64,000 nt of DNA from the NCBI GenBank assembly GCA_977017645.1, contig OZ360234.1, positions 94,922,001 through 94,986,000 of the forward strand. Direction: 5' to 3'. This document shows, piece by piece, positions 62,284-64,000 of this stretch. The number at the start of each line of letters is the position of its first letter. The first letter of the stretch is position 1. This DNA is from Torpedo marmorata. Taxonomy: Eukaryota. The position numbers and the translations under genes are program-made. A model generated the notes under the pieces. That model ran no database searches. It saw only the letters and a list, made by a program, of their open reading frames with translations, and was not told the origin of the DNA.

Positions 62284-64000
62284 TGTTACAAAGTGTAATT
62301 AAAGGAAAAGCTCAGCAAGCTTATTCTACTCTTACCACAGAGCAAGCTGCTGATTATGAAACAGTGAAAAAGTCTATACTCCAGGCTTATGAGTTAGTTC
62401 CAGAGGCTTATAGACAGAAGTTTAGAAATTTAAAAAGATCAGCAACCCATTCTTATACAGAGTTTGCCTATGAAAAGGTTGTGTGTTTTGACCGGTGGTG
62501 CACATCTAAGGAGGTAAACAATGATTACAATCAATTGAGAGAATTGATACTAATTGAGGAGATAAAAAGGTGTGTTCCTGAGGATATTAAGGCATACTTA
62601 GATGAAAAGGAGGTGAAAACTTGGCAAAATTCAGCTACTTCAGCAGATAAATATGCTTTAACTCACAAGCCTAAGTGGACGTCAGGCAGAATTTTCCAAA
62701 AGGGCACTGTGGATAATCCCAAGCAAGTGGAAAGTAAATTTGGAAGTGGTGTTAACGGAAGAGATGAAGGGAAGTGGAAAAAGGAAAACCCTTCGGGTCC
62801 CATTTGCCACTACTGTAGGAAGGCTGGTCATATGCTAGCAAGCTGTCCAGTGTTGAAAAAGAAGAGAGAAAAGGATGCAACACCAAATGCTTGTATTCAG
62901 AGTGAGAAGAGGCATTACACCCAGGAAGGAGACAAATTTACTGACAAAGATAGGGATGTATTTAAACCTTTTGTGACTGATGGTTTTGTTTCAGTTAAGG
63001 CAAGATCGAAGCAAGTTCCAGTGAAAATCTTACAAGATACTGGAGCTGCTCAGTCACTTGTGTGAGATTGTGTCTTGGAATTTTGTGAAGCCACCGACAC
63101 CGATGACATGAATTTAATTAAAGGAATTGGGGGTGATGTTGAGTCCATTTTTTTGCACAAAATAGTGTTGAACTCAGCCTTGGTGGAAGGACCAGTTATA
63201 AGAGGAGTGAGATCAGAGTTGCCAGTAAAAGGAGTCTCACTGTTGCAAGGCAATGACTTTGCTTAGGGTGAAGTAGTTCCTGCAGTGCGAATGACCACTA
63301 AGCCAGTCATTGATAAGTCAGAGAAGGACTCTGATATTTAACCGGCATGTGCCATAATCAGGGCCATGTCTAAGAAAACTTTCACTGCAGAGAAAGCAGT
63401 GGAAAAGAAATTGGTGAAAGAAAAAGTCGGTGATAATCAAAAACGCCTGGAAAAGGTTGAGCAATCTCCTGTGTTATGCCCATACACTGATAAGACACCT
63501 AAAGGCACTGATTTGTCATTATCCCGACATGTGCGAATAGCAAGGCAATAGGAAGATCCTGATCTTGCTGAGGTGAAGGATAAGGTTCGCTCTGAAGAGG
63601 AGATTAAGAAGGTGCCAGTGGGTTATTATGAAAAAGATGGGGTGTTGATGAGAAAGTGGAGACCTTGTGATGTTTCTGCCAGTGAAGAATGGGCAGTAGT
63701 GCAGCAGGTTGTGATCCCTAAAGTATATAGGGACTAAAAAATAAATTTGGGTCATAGTACACCCTTAGGTGGTCACCTTGGCGTGAAGAAAACTATAAGT
63801 AAGTTAATGAAACAATTTTATTGGCCCAGTTTGAGAAGGGAGGTTTCAGCTTTTGCCGGGCCTGTCACACTTGTCAGGTGGTGGGTAAACCTAATCAGGG
63901 TCCCCCGGTGGCACCCTTGCAACCTATCCCTGCTTTCAGTGAGCCTTTCTCAAGAGTAATTGTGGACTGTGTTGGCCCATTGCCCAAAACCAAAGCGGGG
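62283..64000 (+). mobile_element. Second Gmr1-like copy: gag C-terminal half, protease, integrase (runs off the window)
   Basis: Colinear with 10838-11398 plus 17229-18228; intact CHYCRKAGHMLASC, LQDTGAAQSL, HHCC, then EPFSRVIVDCVGPLPKTK integrase start. Confidence 0.92.

Noticed and set aside
1-64000. CRISPR arrays, operons or other prokaryotic systems
   Set aside because: Sequence is vertebrate; no regularly spaced repeat-spacer structure was seen

Overview
Vertebrate nuclear DNA, very probably a cartilaginous fish (elasmobranch), judged from HE1-like V-SINEs, DeuSINE remnants and the CR1/Rex1/Penelope repertoire. Most of the window is nested transposable elements: CR1, Rex1/Babar and AT-rich L1 LINEs, Penelope-like elements with minimal hammerhead-ribozyme-like cores, two Gypsy-superfamily LTR retrotransposon families (one Gmr1-like, integrase directly after protease, tRNA-Pro PBS; one with a tRNA-Leu PBS), hAT and Chapaev3-like DNA transposons, and SINEs. 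Hidden among them, and not shown as a unit by the ORF track, is a five-exon plus-strand host gene (about 21242-45330) encoding a divergent ~130-aa RGCC/RGC-32 family protein downstream of a CpG island. The most unusual structures are: an intronless liprin-alpha (PPFIA2-like) mRNA fragment joining two different LTR retrotransposons (61885-62283); a twin-primed, 5'-inverted L1 with TSD in intron 4; a near-full-length L1 whose 5' end comes from a different non-autonomous retroposon; and many short, often palindromic Penelope-derived units with hammerhead-like cores. All family assignments come from recognising motifs by eye; no database search was run.
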